Shown piece by piece: positions 60,711 through 64,000 of a DNA stretch of 64,000 nt. The position numbers and the translations under genes are program-made. Position 1 is the first letter of the stretch; the number at the start of each line of letters is the position of its first letter. Location: the NCBI RefSeq assembly GCF_018977255.1, contig NW_024704746.1:68138001-68202000 (forward strand), in the 5' to 3' direction. Below the pieces are notes generated by a model. It was not told the DNA's origin. It was given only the letters and a program-made list of their open reading frames with translations, and ran no database searches. Source of the DNA: Callorhinchus milii (lineage: Eukaryota).

Positions 60711-61739
60711 CCCCACACAACTGATCAGCAATGTGCAAATAAGTGAGTAAATGATTTGCAGTCGACTGAAATACAAAATTAGCTGACCTCAAAGTGATTG
60801 GGTGGGTGGGAGGGAAATCATGAAATCCTCGCACAACCCACACCCACACCCTCCCCCCACATACCCCAAAACAAGCCATTCAGCCTAACTTCTCAAATTG
60901 CTTCATAGAATATACTGTAAAGTGAAATCACCGTATGTTTTATGGGCGAAACAATTACCTGAACATAAAGCTATTGTTAATAAACCTTGCAGTTGATATA
61001 GTGCCTTCAACATCGAAATGCCTCAAAGCATTTCAGAGAGTGTTTTTCTAAAGTGCAGTGACTTGGGCCAGTGAGTCAGTGAATAGAGGGTATTAATTTA
61101 AGATAGTTAGCAATAATAATAAACCTTTGCATTTGCTATAGTTCCTTATAAGGTTGTTGAGACATCTCAAAGCGCTTCAAAGCAAACAAACAAATGGAGG
61201 GAGGCTAAGAGGATTTTTTTCACACACAGAGTGGTTAGGATATGGCAAGGAATGGTGGTTGAGACAGAATTCATATTGGGTTTCAAAAGGAGTAAAGTAC
61301 AGGGGTGTGGGAAAAGGGCAGGTAAATGGGACTGAAAGGATTGCTCTTTAAAAAGAGCCGGCACCAACGCAATAGGCTTCTGTGCTGTAACTTTCTGTGG
61401 TTCTATAACAACAACAAGATTACATTTGCATAGCGCCTTTCACATCGGGAGGACGTCCCAAAGCGCTGGACGGTGTACAGCATTTCAGACCCGAGCTGGG
61501 GTTATATAGAAATGGTTCTGTGGCCCTACAGCATATCCCAAGGCAGCAAAACAACGTAAGATCGGTGAAGAAAAACCTTTCTTTTCCTGCTAGTGCCTGC
61601 TCAAGATTTGTGGTTTGACAATCTTACGATCTGTTGTTCCCTTCGATCGAGCGTAGTGCTCTGGTCTGCTCCATGTCTCCCGCCCTGCACCCACCCTTTG
61701 GAATTTCATCCCACAGTCCCTACGCCTACGACATCACCA

Positions 61740-63800
61740 ACCCCAACACCACAAATCTTCCCTCCTCTCTACACACACAGACGCACATATAACCCCCCCC
61801 CCACCCCACTCCCCTTCACATACCCCAAAACACAAAGACAATGCAGGATTCATGTTCATGTTCCAGGTTTTGCTATTTTTATTTTATTTTGGACAGAGAG
61901 AAAACGCGTACAGCCTTTTAAAATGCGGGGTGTTTGTCTTTACCGGCTGGGCGACCCAAGCCCACCGAACCAAGCAACGCAGACATACATAAGCCGCAAA
62001 AACGTAAATAAAATATAGTTTAGGCATTCAAAATTCAGTAGGCTTTAATTGCATTATTATGTCGGTTGTTTGTTCTGTCGCTTTCAGTGCTTTCAGTGCT
62101 CAGCTCTTTCAGTACTTCTCCAGGTCATTACTTTCAATCTACTCCATACAAGAGTGGGTGCTATTGATTCCTCAATCGCTCATCTCCAGTACTTTGTCTC
62201 AACGGATGGAATCCGTTCTCTGTTCTCATCAGCACGTCTCGCGCACCAGCGCCAAAGGCACCGGTGACCCTGCTGTTGGAAGCAGGAATGCTCCTCCCTC
62301 CTCCTATCAACAAAACACACAGGAGGATTGCAAAATAATAATATTTCTTGCATTTGATACAGTGCCTTATCACATTGTTGAGACGTCTCAAAGCGTTTCA
62401 TAGGATATACTGTGAAGTGGATTGATTGCGCTTTGTGGGTGAAACGCGACAGACAATTTGCGCACAGCCATGTCCCACAAACGGTTGTCGGTTGAGTGGC
62501 CAATTTTTTTGTGGGGGACGGAATTATTACCCCCAGAAAACAAATCGACTAACAACCGGGCTCCTACTTACTGCTGGGCAAATAGAGGCGTGTGGAGTAA
62601 GGAAACCAAACATGACGGGGAAAGAGCAAAGGAATGGGATTGGAGTAGAGAGCTACAGTGGGGAGTGAGCACCAGCACAGACCATGAAGGTTCCATTGCC
62701 TCTCCTTGTTGTAAAGGACCTGTGATAAGTAGTACTCACCATATGAGATAACTACTGCAAGCAAGGAAAGTGGGGATCACCCAACGGCATCCCTGTGAAA
62801 AGAGGATAAAACAACCGATAACGTTTCTATGGTCAGTAACATGATTCAACAATAATAATAATCCTTGGATTTGATATAGTGCATTATTAAGTATTCTAGA
62901 CCTCTCAAAGCGCTTCAGAGAATATGTTGTGAAGTGAATTGACTGTATATTTTGTGGGCAAGAAACGGCAGCCAATTGCACACAGCAGTGTCCCACAAAC
63001 AGTCTTGGAGTGACCAAATAATTATTATTAACCCGGGGAGTGCTCTAACCACTGAGAGGGGGAACGCGAATGAGAGGACGTGAGGGAGGGAGAGCGCAAG
63101 TGAGAGAGCAAGGGAGAGTGAGAGAGAGTGAGTGAGAGGGAGAAAGTGAGAGGGAGGGAGAGGGGAAGAGAGCCAGTAAGAGAGCGAGAGAGAGAAGCAG
63201 AGCTCGAGTGAGAGCGAATGAAAGAGTGGAGCAGTAAAGCCGGGCCATCAGTAAAGTTTCACCCACAAATACAGTCGATTCACTTTACATTCTGTGAAGC
63301 GCTTTGAAACGTCTTTAACGACGTGATAAGGCGCTACATCAAATGTAATGATTATTATTATTAAGTACAAGAAATGATAACGCAACAGGTCAGAGAGGGA
63401 GAATCAAAAAAAGAAGCAAAGGAGAGAGGAGTGCAAAATACACAAAGGAGAGAAAGTTAAATCTCAGCTTAAAGGCAATAATGAAGGCAATAAAGTTAAA
63501 GCTTAAAGGCAATAATGAACAGAGAGAGAGAGAAAGAGTGATTCGGGGCATAAACAAGTCGATCGTCAGCCTTACCTCAGAAAGGATAGAGCAGAAAGGA
63601 AGAGCACGGCCGAGAGCAGCCTCTTATAAGCACAGTCTGGCACTGCCCCAGACGTAACATTACGTTTCAGTCACCCGTCCAATGTGAAACGAAACCGATA
63701 CTCAGCGGCAATGTAAAGGGAATTGAAGCTCCAAGGAGTGCCCACACCACAGCAGCTGGTTGTTCTGAGCGTGCAAACCCCACAAACAAACGTGTCAGTT
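61740..63800. repeat. Segmental duplication, copy 2
   Basis: See partner. Confidence 0.95.
61878..63628 (-). ncRNA. Predicted spliced noncoding or pseudogenised transcript, copy 2 (exon ends 63576; 62792-62740; 62303 to polyA about 61878)
   Basis: Same signals conserved; ISRE-like 63686-63695. Confidence 0.4.
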
Positions 63801-64000
63801 CGTCTGGTTCTTGAACCAACAGGCAGTGGACATTTAAATACATCAAGCAGTGGGGAAAATTCAGTCCCTCGGAATTCCACAGCAGTCATTTCAAAATTCC
63901 CCAACATTATCTTCCATAATAATAATATAATAATAATAAAGACATTGGAGATTTTGTTGGTAGTAGCCCAGCCGGTCACTGTTTAGGCAGTGATGTTGTG

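Noticed and set aside
63671-63986. Overlapping ORFs at the window end
   Set aside because: No recognisable motif; they span the duplication edge and an (ata)n tract

Overview
Eukaryotic, repeat-dense vertebrate DNA. The tRNA-head/L2-tail SINEs plus CR1 and L2 LINEs suggest a cartilaginous fish, probably a chimaera (inference). Most short ORFs in the track are repeat artefacts, so genes were rebuilt by hand from splice sites. (1) A divergent legumain-like gene (minus, about 0.5-7.4 kb) with altered S1/catalytic residues and no visible catalytic-Cys exon. (2) A complete 318-aa inhibitory Ig receptor, leader-VJ-C1-TM-2xITIM (minus, 11929-22207), with a full-length decayed hAT transposon in an intron. 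(3) A CCAAT/GC/NRF1 promoter among three tandem arrays, one an extreme G-quadruplex repeat. (4) A 10-exon, 440-aa ACOT/BAAT-family thioesterase ending in PTS1 CKL (plus, 31491-40230). (5) A C-type lectin pseudogene. (6) An intact 1060-aa SE-cephalotoxin-like secreted protein (plus, 48137-53994) with a putative pore-forming helical N-terminus and a 3x-repeat, beta-trefoil-like C-terminus. (7) A tandemly duplicated, ISRE/TATA-driven spliced small transcription unit (minus, 57-63.8 kb). Overall the window looks like an accessory immune/defence cluster.
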